Below, one piece after another: positions 1-8,804 of a stretch of DNA of 27,146 nucleotides. The position numbers and the translations under genes are program-made. The notes below the pieces were generated by a model. That model saw only the letters and a program-made list of their open reading frames with translations. It was not told the DNA's origin and made no database searches. Within the stretch, counting starts at the first letter, position 1. The number at the start of each line of letters is the position of its first letter. Origin of the DNA: Blastopirellula marina (GTDB lineage Bacteria; Planctomycetota; Phycisphaerae; Sedimentisphaerales; UBA12454); contig DYLR01000012.1 in assembly GCA_020721975.1 (NCBI GenBank), positions 1-27,146 of the forward strand. The letters run 5' to 3'.

Positions 1-68
1 AAGAAAATTTACCTGTTGCTAAGTGCTGAAATGTCAATTAGTTACAAAATAATGAGGGTTTCCGCGTG

Positions 69-108
69 TATTAAGAGTCAGCTGCTCTACCAACTGAGCT
101 AATCGCCC
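69..108 (-). tRNA. Truncated tRNA-Lys(CTT)-like fragment. It keeps the 5' acceptor strand, D-arm, 5' anticodon stem and anticodon loop. The 3' anticodon stem, T-arm and CCA end are absent.
   Basis: The reverse complement of 69-108 reads GGGCGATTAGCTCAGTTGGTAGAGCAGCTGACTCTTAAT. This gives a canonical 7-nt acceptor 5' strand, a GCTC/GAGC D-stem with an AGTTGGTA loop, and the anticodon loop CTCTTAA (anticodon CTT). The next bases (TACACGCGG...) cannot pair with GCTGA, and no GGTTCGAATCC-like T-arm follows. Confidence 0.45.
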
Positions 109-372
109 TAACGTTTTATTGTATAACAGGTTATGAAACCTGCCTCAAACGGCAACAAAAAGTCGCAATATCCGTTGCGACAGATCTGCCATTAACTTTA
201 CACCCTGCCCAGCGATTTTGCAAGAAGATTGCTCCGCTGAAATTGCTCTGTTGAAAAGCTGATAACAGCATCATTTTGAGCACAAACCGCACAGCAACTG
301 CAGTCAAGAAGTCTGGGCAAATGAGTAAATTTTCTTCTTTTACCCCTGCGGTTTATCCGTATAATGTGTTGA

Positions 373-1173
373 TTGACCGACAACAGCCGGCAAACGACTG
401 CTGCCCGTATTGCGGCTTATTTTAACACAGGTCATTGGCAGCCTTTACGGAGTAAGGTTTTGACGGAACAGACTGAACCAATCCAAACTGCGGCACAGCC
501 GACAAAAAAATGCCCGTTTTGTGCAGAGGTAATCCTTGCCGAGGCAATAAAGTGCAAACACTGCGGCGAATTTCTCAACACCGACCGGGCCAGAGCTGCC
601 GGACAAACCGCAACACAGCAAAACGACAAACCGCAGGACAATAAAAAAAATATACTGCTTGTTTGCCGACCGAGTCTGTGGAATTTGGCAGGTTTTTATG
701 CCAAGGGGCTGATTGTCTTTTTATTTGCTGCCTGGCTGACCGTTCAGCCGATTGAAAATGTTTTTAACTCTCAAAATACCGCCGACGCAGCCGCACTTGT
801 TAAATTTATACAGACTTACAGGCCTTTGACAGGATTCGGCATAGCATTGATGTCGCTCGCCATAATGGTATGGAAAACAATTGCACTCCGGGCAGTCTAT
901 TATGAAATTTCTGCTGAACGGATAGAACATGGCAGAGGCGTATTTAACCGCAAAGTAGATAATATCGATATGTTCCGCGTGGTGGATATTTCACTGCGGC
1001 AGTCGTTTATTGATGTAATGCTCGGTATCGGGTCGGTGAAACTAACCACAAACGATAAAAGCAGTCCCGAGCTTGTATTTCAGAAAATCCGGCATTGTCG
1101 TCGGCTTTACGATATAATTAAAAAAACCAGCCTCGAAGCCGACCGTAAGCAAAAAGTTGTACATCTCGAATAA
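373..1173 (+). CDS. Membrane protein with an N-terminal zinc-ribbon (CPFC...CKHC) and a C-terminal bacterial PH (bPH_2/YdbT-like) domain. The start is uncertain: the ORF caller gives TTG at 373 and no in-frame ATG precedes the zinc ribbon.
   Basis: A CxxC-x11-CxxC motif lies near the N-terminus. Two hydrophobic helices follow. The C-terminal segment GRGVFNRKVDNIDMFRVVDISLRQSFIDVMLGIGSVKL...PELVFQKI matches the bPH_2/DUF304 pattern. Confidence 0.55.
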   Translation: MTDNSRQTTAARIAAYFNTGHWQPLRSKVLTEQTEPIQTAAQPTKKCPFCAEVILAEAIKCKHCGEFLNTDRARAAGQTATQQNDKPQDNKKNILLVCRPSLWNLAGFYAKGLIVFLFAAWLTVQPIENVFNSQNTADAAALVKFIQTYRPLTGFGIALMSLAIMVWKTIALRAVYYEISAERIEHGRGVFNRKVDNIDMFRVVDISLRQSFIDVMLGIGSVKLTTNDKSSPELVFQKIRHCRRLYDIIKKTSLEADRKQKVVHLE

Positions 1174-1188
1174 CAAACTTTTTACGAT

Positions 1189-1509
1189 TTATACAAACTG
1201 TACGCCCACGCCGATATTTGCGCCTTCGGTTAGAAGTTCCCGGTCAACGCGAACCACTTTGCCGCTTTTGATGCGGGCAAACTGCCCCTTTTTTTTCGCA
1301 AGATTGATGCTTCGCGGAAAGTTCAGTTCCACGATTTGCCCTATCCGCATTGGTGCGGTCATAGGTACTAAAACGAATACCCCGCCGCGGGCAATATTGG
1401 TCGCCCGCGCATTGAAAAAACGATTAGCCTCCGGCAGCCATACACTTACCGGCCAGCTTAACTCCGTTCGGGCTTCTCTTCTTTGTTCTTGAATTACTGC
1501 CTGTGCCAT
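1189..1509 (-). CDS. PilZ-domain protein, a putative c-di-GMP receptor.
   Basis: The 106-aa protein has an RxxxR motif (RREAR) near the N-terminus and a downstream N-I-A-R-G-G motif consistent with the (D/N)xSxxG PilZ signature. The overlapping plus-strand ORF 1157..1492 is judged a shadow. Confidence 0.65.
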   Translation of the reverse strand: MAQAVIQEQRREARTELSWPVSVWLPEANRFFNARATNIARGGVFVLVPMTAPMRIGQIVELNFPRSINLAKKKGQFARIKSGKVVRVDRELLTEGANIGVGVQFV

Positions 1510-1720
1510 AAAATTACTCCGTTAAAATAGGCTATATAGCTTACACAGGTAATTTATCGTCAATGTTAAACCAGATAAAATAGAAAATTTGGGTGTTTTC
1601 TTAAAAATTTTTAACTTCCGATAAATATTGGCCTGAATCTGAAAAACAGAATAAGTTATCGGACATTTCAGGCATGGAAATCAATAGTTTTTTTTACACC
1701 TGAATCCTGTACCTTTTTTC

Positions 1721-1749
1721 TTGCATATATTTCGCAAACTGGTAATTTT
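1721..1749 (+). promoter_or_regulatory. Possible sigma70-type promoter: TTGCAT, 17-nt spacer, TAATTT-like -10. A GAGGTG SD lies 7 nt before ATG 1771.
   Basis: TTGCAT is at 1721-1726 and an AT-rich hexamer at about 1743-1749. The SD gaggtg is at 1761-1766. Confidence 0.3.
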
Positions 1750-1770
1750 ATCAGCTCTTGAGGTGAATAA

Positions 1771-4056
1771 ATGAACTCGGCTCCAACGAATGTCGAGAAG
1801 CTGCGGGCGATACCTATTATAATTGTTGCGACCTTTTTGCGGTCTATATACCTGCTGACGGTTACAGGCACGGTCTTTGTGCTGTTTCTCGATGAGCTTG
1901 GTATTGATAAGGCCCGCATAGGTGTCGTGATGTCTATCGCGCCGTTTATCGGCATCATTTCGCTTGTCATTGTGCCGATTGTCGAACGCAGCGGCCTGAA
2001 GCGTACGACGAAAATTTTCTGGATGCTGCGCGTACTTATAACCATCCTGATTCCCGTTACGCCGCTGATTATGAAATACACGGGTGAAACCGGCGTATTC
2101 GTCTGGTTGTCAGCCACGCAGTGTGCATTTGCCGTTTCGGGTTATATCGCAGTAACAGCTTATGCCTCGTGGTATCAGGAGCTTGTTCCGGACAGACTCC
2201 GCGGCAAAACTGCGGCTATCAATTTTATCGGCATAGGCTTATCGACGATAATCACGCTGGCTGCAGCGGGCTATATCACCGACAGATTTGCGGGTCTCAA
2301 GCCGTTTGTTTTTTTAATGATTGGAGGGCTGGTAATCGGGTTTGTTGCTGAAGTGGTGTTAAGCCGGCTGCCAGGCGGACAGCCTATATTGAGGCAGGAA
2401 CATCACAAGACTCATCTGCAGTTCATCAAAGATGCCCTGTGTGATAAGAACTTTATGCTGATGATGGCGGCTCTTGTGCTGATTAATATCGCCGTTTTTG
2501 GTGCGGGTGCGTTTGTGCCGTTGTATCAAAAGCAGATTCTCGGTCTTTCGGCCAGCCAGATTATGTTCTCTGCAATGTGTTATTCTGTGGCAGTGCTTGG
2601 GGCGTATTATTTTTACGGTTGGGCGGCGGACAGATACGGAGCAAAGCCTGTGCTTATTTTCGGCATTGCCAATCTTGTGCCGAGCGGGATATTCTGGTAT
2701 CTGACAAAACTGCCGGCAGGCAATGAAGGTCGCTTTGCCGCGACGATATTTGTGGCTGTGTTTTTTGCCCTCACACAGGCCGGATGGGTAATTGGTTTTG
2801 ACCGTTATGTTTATAATACGCTCATTCCGGTAGGCAAAAAAACTTCATATCTTTCCATTCAGCACGCCGTCGGCGGCGTTGCGGCCGGTGTCGGGCCGCT
2901 TGTGACAGGCTGGCTGATTGAAATATGCAAGCCCCTGAATTCAACGACCATAATGGGGGTGAAACTCGATGCGTATATTCCGTTTTTTGTGTTATATGGG
3001 GTTTTGACGTTTGCGAGTGTTATGCTGCTGAAAAGACTCAAACAGGACAGTCAGATTACAACCCAGCAGTTTGTAGGTATGTTTTTTCAGGGCGACCCGC
3101 TTACGGCACTGCATTCAATGGCTCGTTACCGGATGGCCAAGGGCGAATCTGAACGCATTGACAAAACATCCGATATGGGGATGTCCAGCAGTCCGCTTAA
3201 TGTTGAGGAGCTTTTAGAAGCCCTGCACGACCCGAGTTTTAACGTTCGTTATGAAGCCGTTATAGCGATATCGCGTCGCAAGCCGCATCCCAAACTTACC
3301 GAGGCGTTGATTAACATTTTGCTTGGCCCGGACCTTGAGCTTGCCGCCTCGGCGGCCTGGGCGCTTGGGCGTATCGGCGACAAATCCGCTATCGGCGCTC
3401 TTCGTGAATGTCTTGCTGTGCCGTATCCGCTGCTGCAGGCGCGTGCTGCGCGGACATTGGGCGCTTTGGGCGACGTTGAAAGCTCTCCGATGCTGCTGGA
3501 CTGGCTGCGCAGCGACATTGACCCGACACTGAAAAGGGCATGCGCATCGGCTCTTGGCGCCCTGCGCGTGCCGGCTGCGCTGCCGGATATTTTCAATCTG
3601 CTGCTTACAAACAAGCGTGCGAGTTTTCGCGGCGAGCTTACAATGGCGATGGCGCGAACGGTTGGGTCTGAAAGTCAGTTTATTAACCTGTGGCGAAGAA
3701 TGAACGAAGATACCGCGACCGCAGAGGCTCATCAGGTAATCGATACCTGCAAATCTCTTGCAAAACTGAAAATCAGCGAGGGTCCGATTGTCGAGCGATT
3801 GAACGATTGCGCGGAGAAATTTGCCTCAGGCCGGACGGCTGAAGCCACAAAAATAATTTGCGATATCGCCGTCGAGCTGCCTACCGACGGTATCGATCAT
3901 CATATTATAAAGCTGATGAATCTGTGCAGACAGCAGCTTTTAAGTGTTCCGCAGCAGGACCACTGTCTGCTTGCTCTTTTGCTGCATATTATTTCGACAA
4001 TGCTCCGCCGGCAGGTAGTGCAGGTCAAGCGGGCAGGAAAAACAAAAAATATTTAA
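1771..4056 (+). CDS. Fusion of an MFS transporter (N-terminal ~420 aa, 12 predicted TM helices) with a C-terminal HEAT-repeat domain (PBS-lyase/E-Z type HEAT repeats).
   Basis: The N-terminal half is hydrophobic with an MFS-like helix pattern. The C-terminal ~280 aa contains repeated HEAT-like units: LLEALHDPSFNVRYEAVIAI, AASAAWALGRIGDKSAIGAL, ARAARTLGALGD and KRACASALGALR. Confidence 0.75.
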   Translation: MNSAPTNVEKLRAIPIIIVATFLRSIYLLTVTGTVFVLFLDELGIDKARIGVVMSIAPFIGIISLVIVPIVERSGLKRTTKIFWMLRVLITILIPVTPLIMKYTGETGVFVWLSATQCAFAVSGYIAVTAYASWYQELVPDRLRGKTAAINFIGIGLSTIITLAAAGYITDRFAGLKPFVFLMIGGLVIGFVAEVVLSRLPGGQPILRQEHHKTHLQFIKDALCDKNFMLMMAALVLINIAVFGAGAFVPLYQKQILGLSASQIMFSAMCYSVAVLGAYYFYGWAADRYGAKPVLIFGIANLVPSGIFWYLTKLPAGNEGRFAATIFVAVFFALTQAGWVIGFDRYVYNTLIPVGKKTSYLSIQHAVGGVAAGVGPLVTGWLIEICKPLNSTTIMGVKLDAYIPFFVLYGVLTFASVMLLKRLKQDSQITTQQFVGMFFQGDPLTALHSMARYRMAKGESERIDKTSDMGMSSSPLNVEELLEALHDPSFNVRYEAVIAISRRKPHPKLTEALINILLGPDLELAASAAWALGRIGDKSAIGALRECLAVPYPLLQARAARTLGALGDVESSPMLLDWLRSDIDPTLKRACASALGALRVPAALPDIFNLLLTNKRASFRGELTMAMARTVGSESQFINLWRRMNEDTATAEAHQVIDTCKSLAKLKISEGPIVERLNDCAEKFASGRTAEATKIICDIAVELPTDGIDHHIIKLMNLCRQQLLSVPQQDHCLLALLLHIISTMLRRQVVQVKRAGKTKNI

Positions 4057-4071
4057 CAAAACTAATACTCA

Positions 4072-5466
4072 ATGAAACTAACATTTTACGGTGCGGCACA
4101 GGAAGTAACAGGCTCATCACACATGTTGAGCGTCAACGGCAGCAATGTGCTGCTGGACTGCGGTCTGTTCCAGGGCAGGCGAAAAGAAGCGTTCGAGAAA
4201 AACCGCAATCTGCATGTTGACCCGGCAGAAATAGACCTGATTCTGCTGTCTCATGCTCACATGGACCACAGCGGCAATATTCCAACACTGGTCAAACAGG
4301 GCTTTACCGGGCCGATTTACTGCACCGACGCCACCGCCGATTTGTGCAGAATAATGTTTCGCGATTGTGCCTACATTCAGACCAAAGACGTTGAATACGT
4401 GAACAAAAAACGCATCCGTCAGGGTAAAAATCCGTTTGAGCCGCTTTATACGATTGAAGACGCCGACAAGGCCGCAGCGCAGATTCGCAGCATACCTTAC
4501 AGACAGGAATTTGAGCCGGCAGCAAATTTAAAGGTAAAATTTTATGACGCCGGGCATATTCTCGGCTCGGCATTTACGGAAATTATTTTCAAAAACAACG
4601 GCTCGACGCGCAAGCTGATGTTCACCGGCGATATCGGCAGGCGGGACATTCCGATTTTGCGAAACCCCGAACCGGTAAAGGAAATCGACTATCTTATAAC
4701 CGAAAGCACTTATGGAGACAGGCGGCACCAGGACATCGGCAATACCAAATATGAATTGCAGCGGGTCGTTAATACTATCTGCCGCACCAAAGGCAAGCTC
4801 ATAATTCCTGCATTCAGCATAGGCCGAACGCAGCACATTGTATATTTGCTCAACCAGCTTTATCACGAGGAAAGAATTTGTCCGCTGCCGGTTTATGTTG
4901 ATTCGCCGCTTTCCAGCGCGGCAACAGCAATTTACTCCAGGCATACCGAGTGCTGGGACGAAAACGCCCTGCGTTTTATGAAACTTGCGATGATGCCGTT
5001 CAATTTTGAAACTTTGCGTTATACCGAGGACCTTGAACAATCAAAATCGCTCAACGACATGCCCGGGCCAATGATTATTATATCGGCCAGCGGAATGTGT
5101 GAAGCCGGACGGGTGCTGCATCACCTGAAAAACAATATTGAGGACGAAAGGAATATTGTGCTGATTGTCGGATATATGGCCGAGAATACCCTTGGCAGAA
5201 AAATTGCGGACAAACAGACATCTGTAAAAATCTTCGGCGAAACGCTTTCGCTGCGGGCAAAGGTTGAGGAAATATCCGCATTGTCGGCGCACGCTGACAA
5301 ATATGAAATGCTTGAGTATTTTGAATTCTGCGGCATAAGGCATATCGACACGGCCTTTTGTATGCATGGCGAACGCGAAACACTGGAACGGTTTGCCGGG
5401 ACTTTGCGCGATAACGGCGTCAAAAATGTTCATATACCGCAGCCGCTGCAGTCGTTTGAGTTATAA
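4072..5466 (+). CDS. MBL-fold metallo-hydrolase with an RNA-specificity (beta-CASP) domain, an RNase J/CPSF-like ribonuclease.
   Basis: The protein starts MKLTFYGAAQEVTGSSHML and carries an HAHMDHSG (HxHxDH) motif. The 464-aa length and a C-terminal RNA-metabolising MBL-like region fit the family. Confidence 0.8.
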   Translation: MKLTFYGAAQEVTGSSHMLSVNGSNVLLDCGLFQGRRKEAFEKNRNLHVDPAEIDLILLSHAHMDHSGNIPTLVKQGFTGPIYCTDATADLCRIMFRDCAYIQTKDVEYVNKKRIRQGKNPFEPLYTIEDADKAAAQIRSIPYRQEFEPAANLKVKFYDAGHILGSAFTEIIFKNNGSTRKLMFTGDIGRRDIPILRNPEPVKEIDYLITESTYGDRRHQDIGNTKYELQRVVNTICRTKGKLIIPAFSIGRTQHIVYLLNQLYHEERICPLPVYVDSPLSSAATAIYSRHTECWDENALRFMKLAMMPFNFETLRYTEDLEQSKSLNDMPGPMIIISASGMCEAGRVLHHLKNNIEDERNIVLIVGYMAENTLGRKIADKQTSVKIFGETLSLRAKVEEISALSAHADKYEMLEYFEFCGIRHIDTAFCMHGERETLERFAGTLRDNGVKNVHIPQPLQSFEL

Positions 5467-5475
5467 AATATCCTG

Positions 5476-5504
5476 TTGAAATTTCCTGTGATTCATGTTT
5501 ATAA
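5476..5504 (+). promoter_or_regulatory. Near-consensus sigma70 promoter for phoU: TTGAAA, 17 nt, TATAAT.
   Basis: ttgaaa is at 5476-5481 and tataat at 5499-5504, with a 17-nt spacer. A GGAG SD at 5534-5537 lies 7 nt before ATG 5545. Confidence 0.45.
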
Positions 5505-5544
5505 TGGTCGAAGAGCATTTAGCATTTTTTCCTGGAGTCGATAT

Positions 5545-6204
5545 ATGTCAAGACATTTACAACGTGAAATAGAGGGTCTTAAAAAGAAAATACTTGCCCT
5601 GGGAGCAATGATTGAAACGGCGGTGCGCGACAGCGTGATTTCAATCGAGAAACGCGACGCCGTCCTTGCTCAGCAGGTAATCGATAACGACGCCAAAATC
5701 GACCAGACCGAGGTTGATATAGAAGAGGATTGTCTCAAGATACTTGCTTTGCATCAGCCTGTGGCGATTGACCTGCGGTTTATTATTGCAATGCTGAAGA
5801 TAAATAACGACCTTGAGCGCATCGGCGATATGGCCGTGAATATCGCCGAGCGGAGCAAATTTCTTTCGACTCTGCCGCCGGTGAAAATTGCCTTTGACTT
5901 TACGCTGATGGCCGACAAAACAAAAACAATGGTTAAAAACAGCCTTGATGCGATGGTTAATATGGATTGTAATCTTGCCAATAAGGTGCGCACGGGCGAC
6001 AATGAAATCGATGCGATTAACCGCCAGATGTACGAACAGACTAAAAAGGCCATGAGGGAGCATCCGGACAGGATAGATACGCTGGTTCATCTGCTTGGCG
6101 TTTCAAGGTCTCTTGAACGAATGGCCGACCATGCGACCAATATCGCAGAGGATGTTATTTACATGGTCGAGGGCGCAATAATCCGCCATCAGGACAAGGA
6201 ATAA
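5545..6204 (+). CDS. phoU: Phosphate signalling complex protein PhoU. Start placed at the internal ATG carrying the SD, not the ORF-caller start at 5476.
   Basis: Duplicated three-helix PhoU repeats are present, with the E/DxxxD-type motifs DNDAKIDQTEVDIEEDCLKILALHQP and DNEIDAINRQMYEQ. Length is about 219 aa. Confidence 0.8.
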   Translation: MSRHLQREIEGLKKKILALGAMIETAVRDSVISIEKRDAVLAQQVIDNDAKIDQTEVDIEEDCLKILALHQPVAIDLRFIIAMLKINNDLERIGDMAVNIAERSKFLSTLPPVKIAFDFTLMADKTKTMVKNSLDAMVNMDCNLANKVRTGDNEIDAINRQMYEQTKKAMREHPDRIDTLVHLLGVSRSLERMADHATNIAEDVIYMVEGAIIRHQDKE

Positions 6205-6236
6205 ATTGCATAACCCCTGAAACTGCAGGACAGGAA

Positions 6237-8747
6237 ATGGCTTTTGTTGAAAAAGGGCTTGGCGGAAAGTGGAAATTCAGGGAATTTCCAATTGCAGCCC
6301 GGCGTATGCGCGACCTTGACGAAGGACAGTGGCTAGATTGTGAAATTCCTTCTTCAATCTACGCAAATCTCATGGCTGCCGGACTGACAGACCCGTTTGA
6401 TTTTCGTGCAAATCCCGAAAAATACGACCATATAAGCGACAAACCCTGGATATATAAAACTGAATTTGACATACAGCCGGATATGCAGGCATGCGACAGG
6501 GTCGAATTATTTTTTGAAGGGCTCGATACCTTTGCCCAGGTTTGGTTCAATGAGAGACTGCTGGGGCGGACGGATAATATGTTTATTCCGCACAGCTTTG
6601 ACGTAACCGCGCTGCTGAAGAATACCGACAACAGGCTGCTTGTCAAATTTGAGCCAGCCCGGCAGCACGCCGATAAACTCATGCGCCGCTATGGAGCGAT
6701 GGGCAGTAATTTTTCTTTTTATCCTTCACGTGCCTACGTTCGCAAGGCGCAATATCAGTTCGGCTGGGACTGGGCTCCTGCGATGCCCGGTTGCGGCATA
6801 TTCAGGCCTGTTTTTCTGCGCGGATTCAAAAAGGCCTGTATTGAAGACGTTTGCGTGCGAACAATTAGTTGTTCTGAAAACACAGCCGACGTACAGATTG
6901 CCCTAAGAATCGGCCGGACCGGCAATCAGATGTATTCCGCAGCCGTTTCCGTAAAAGGGCATCATACGGATATAAAACAAACCGTCAGTTTTGAACCCGT
7001 CATGGATAGACATTCCATAATTATTCGCATAGAAAACCCGAAGCTTTGGTGGCCGGCAGGCATGGGGCATCCGTCGCTTTACAATCTTAATATCGATTTA
7101 ATCGACGGCGTTGACGTTATTGATACCTTTAATACACGGTTCGGCATTCGTGAAATAAAACTGAAACGCGAAGATTTCCGCAACGGTCAGTCGTTCGGGT
7201 TTGAAATCAACGGCAGAGATGTAAACATCTGCGGAGCGGACTGGATAGGGCTTAGCCTTATGCCGGGTACGCAGACCGTTGACGATTACCGCAGGATGCT
7301 CGCAATGGCACGCGGGGCAAATATGAATATGCTGCGCGTGTGGGGCGGAGGATATTATGAAAACAGCGAATTTTACGACATCTGCGATGAAACAGGACTG
7401 ATGGTCTGGCAGGACTTTATGTTTGCCTGTGCGTTTTATCCCGACCGTCAGTGGTTTATGCAGAAGATAGAACACGAGGCCCGCACTATTGTAAGGCGGC
7501 TTGGAAATCATCCATGCATTGCGATATGGTGCGGCAATAATGAAATCGACTGGCTCTACGAAATGAACAGTTTCGGTTCAGGCCGGAAATTTTACGGCAG
7601 AAAAATATATCATGAGCTTTTGCCGTCCATAATGCGCGAACTGATTCCCGACAGCGAATATATTCCTTCTACTCCCCTTGGACCGCCGGGAAAGGCCAAT
7701 GACCCCGATTATGGTACGGTTCATAACTGGCATATCTGGTCGGGCTGGGAATCGACGCGGGAATATATTTCGCCGCGAAATGCTGTGCCGGGTTTTGTGA
7801 GCGAATTCGGGATGCAGTCCGTACCGTGCATGCAGACGCTTAAAAGTTTTGTGCCTGATACGGACATGAAAATTTCGTCCCGGGGCATTGAAAAACACAA
7901 TTATCATATTGACGGCAACAGTCGTCTGTACAGATATATAACGGAACTGTTTCCGCCGCCTGCGGATTTGGACGACCTGATTTATCTTTCGCAGCTTACT
8001 CAGGCTCGCGGGGTAAGCAGCTATATCCGGTTTTTGCGTTCACATCCGCAGAAAAACTGTGGCGTTATGTTCTGGCAGCTTCACGATTGCTGTCCTGCCG
8101 TAAGCTGGTCGGCGGTGGATTATTTGGGCAGACCCAAGGCTTTGTGGTATTATGCAAAACGTTCTTACGAACAGACTCTTATATCGATTTTCCCGGAATA
8201 CGCGGAAAACTACTACTGTGCCGATTTGAAACTTGAAAAAATTGCCGTGTCTGTTTTGAATCAGTCCGGCGAGGCGCTTACCGGCACGCTTTTGTGCAGA
8301 CTGATGGATATGACGCTCAACATTCTTGATGAGTATTCAACAACGGTATCGATTACGCCGCAATCGGTTTTTAAGACCGCCGGACTTCCGAGGTCTTTTC
8401 TTGTTCCGCCGGACGCTTCGTCAAATTATATTCTTGTTCAATTAAAGTCCGGCGACGTTGTCGCTGCCGAGGATTGCTTTTTTTATCTGCCGGACAAATA
8501 TATAAACTGGCCTCAACCTCAATTTACTTATTCAACAACCTCTATTGACAGCGGCAGAGTGAATATGCTGATTGAACCTAAAACAGCCGTGAAGGATTTG
8601 TATATCGATTCGCCGTATGCCGCAGATAACTTCATCGACCTGATTAGCGAAAGAGTCTATGAAGTGGAGTTATTGTCTGATTTTCGGGGCAAGCCGGCGT
8701 TTCGTTCGGTTAATTCGACGATAAGAAAAATCAGGCGAATCGACTAA
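6237..8747 (+). CDS. Glycoside hydrolase family 2 beta-mannosidase.
   Basis: The 836-aa protein has the WCGNNE acid/base motif (IAIWCGNNEIDW) and the VSEFG nucleophile motif (GFVSEFGMQS) in GH2 beta-mannosidase spacing. The N-terminal sugar-binding-like domain beginning WKFREFP is typical of ManB-type GH2 enzymes. Confidence 0.8.
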   Translation: MAFVEKGLGGKWKFREFPIAARRMRDLDEGQWLDCEIPSSIYANLMAAGLTDPFDFRANPEKYDHISDKPWIYKTEFDIQPDMQACDRVELFFEGLDTFAQVWFNERLLGRTDNMFIPHSFDVTALLKNTDNRLLVKFEPARQHADKLMRRYGAMGSNFSFYPSRAYVRKAQYQFGWDWAPAMPGCGIFRPVFLRGFKKACIEDVCVRTISCSENTADVQIALRIGRTGNQMYSAAVSVKGHHTDIKQTVSFEPVMDRHSIIIRIENPKLWWPAGMGHPSLYNLNIDLIDGVDVIDTFNTRFGIREIKLKREDFRNGQSFGFEINGRDVNICGADWIGLSLMPGTQTVDDYRRMLAMARGANMNMLRVWGGGYYENSEFYDICDETGLMVWQDFMFACAFYPDRQWFMQKIEHEARTIVRRLGNHPCIAIWCGNNEIDWLYEMNSFGSGRKFYGRKIYHELLPSIMRELIPDSEYIPSTPLGPPGKANDPDYGTVHNWHIWSGWESTREYISPRNAVPGFVSEFGMQSVPCMQTLKSFVPDTDMKISSRGIEKHNYHIDGNSRLYRYITELFPPPADLDDLIYLSQLTQARGVSSYIRFLRSHPQKNCGVMFWQLHDCCPAVSWSAVDYLGRPKALWYYAKRSYEQTLISIFPEYAENYYCADLKLEKIAVSVLNQSGEALTGTLLCRLMDMTLNILDEYSTTVSITPQSVFKTAGLPRSFLVPPDASSNYILVQLKSGDVVAAEDCFFYLPDKYINWPQPQFTYSTTSIDSGRVNMLIEPKTAVKDLYIDSPYAADNFIDLISERVYEVELLSDFRGKPAFRSVNSTIRKIRRID

Positions 8748-8800
8748 TCTCGTGAAGAGTATCTCGTAAGAATCTTTGCGTTTCACTTTTCACGAATGGC
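8748..8800. repeat. REP-like palindromic element between convergent genes. Direct repeats TCTCGT(G)AAG x2 are followed by inverted TTCAC(G) x2, and TCGTGAA pairs with TTCACGA.
   Basis: The sequence is atctcgtgaagagtatctcgtaagaatctttgcgtttcacttttcacgaa. A related arrangement occurs at 25221-25276. Confidence 0.5.
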
Positions 8801-8804
8801 GTTT

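Noticed and set aside
198-383. 61-aa minus-strand ORF near the tRNA fragment.
   Set aside because: It is short, has no SD or start context, and lies in an intergenic region containing a hairpin (GTCGCAA-TATCCG-TTGCGAC at 163-182). It is treated as non-coding.
1157-1492. 111-aa plus-strand ORF.
   Set aside because: It overlaps the PilZ gene on the opposite strand. PilZ motifs support the minus-strand reading.
3214-3732. 172-aa and 121-aa minus-strand ORFs inside the MFS-HEAT gene.
   Set aside because: They are Arg-rich antisense shadows of the HEAT-repeat coding region. They have no start context and no homology pattern.
5476-5544. Extended PhoU start at 5476.
   Set aside because: The extra 23 residues (MKFPVIHVYNGRRAFSIFSWSRY) overlap the predicted promoter. 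The SD-preceded ATG at 5545 gives a canonical PhoU length.
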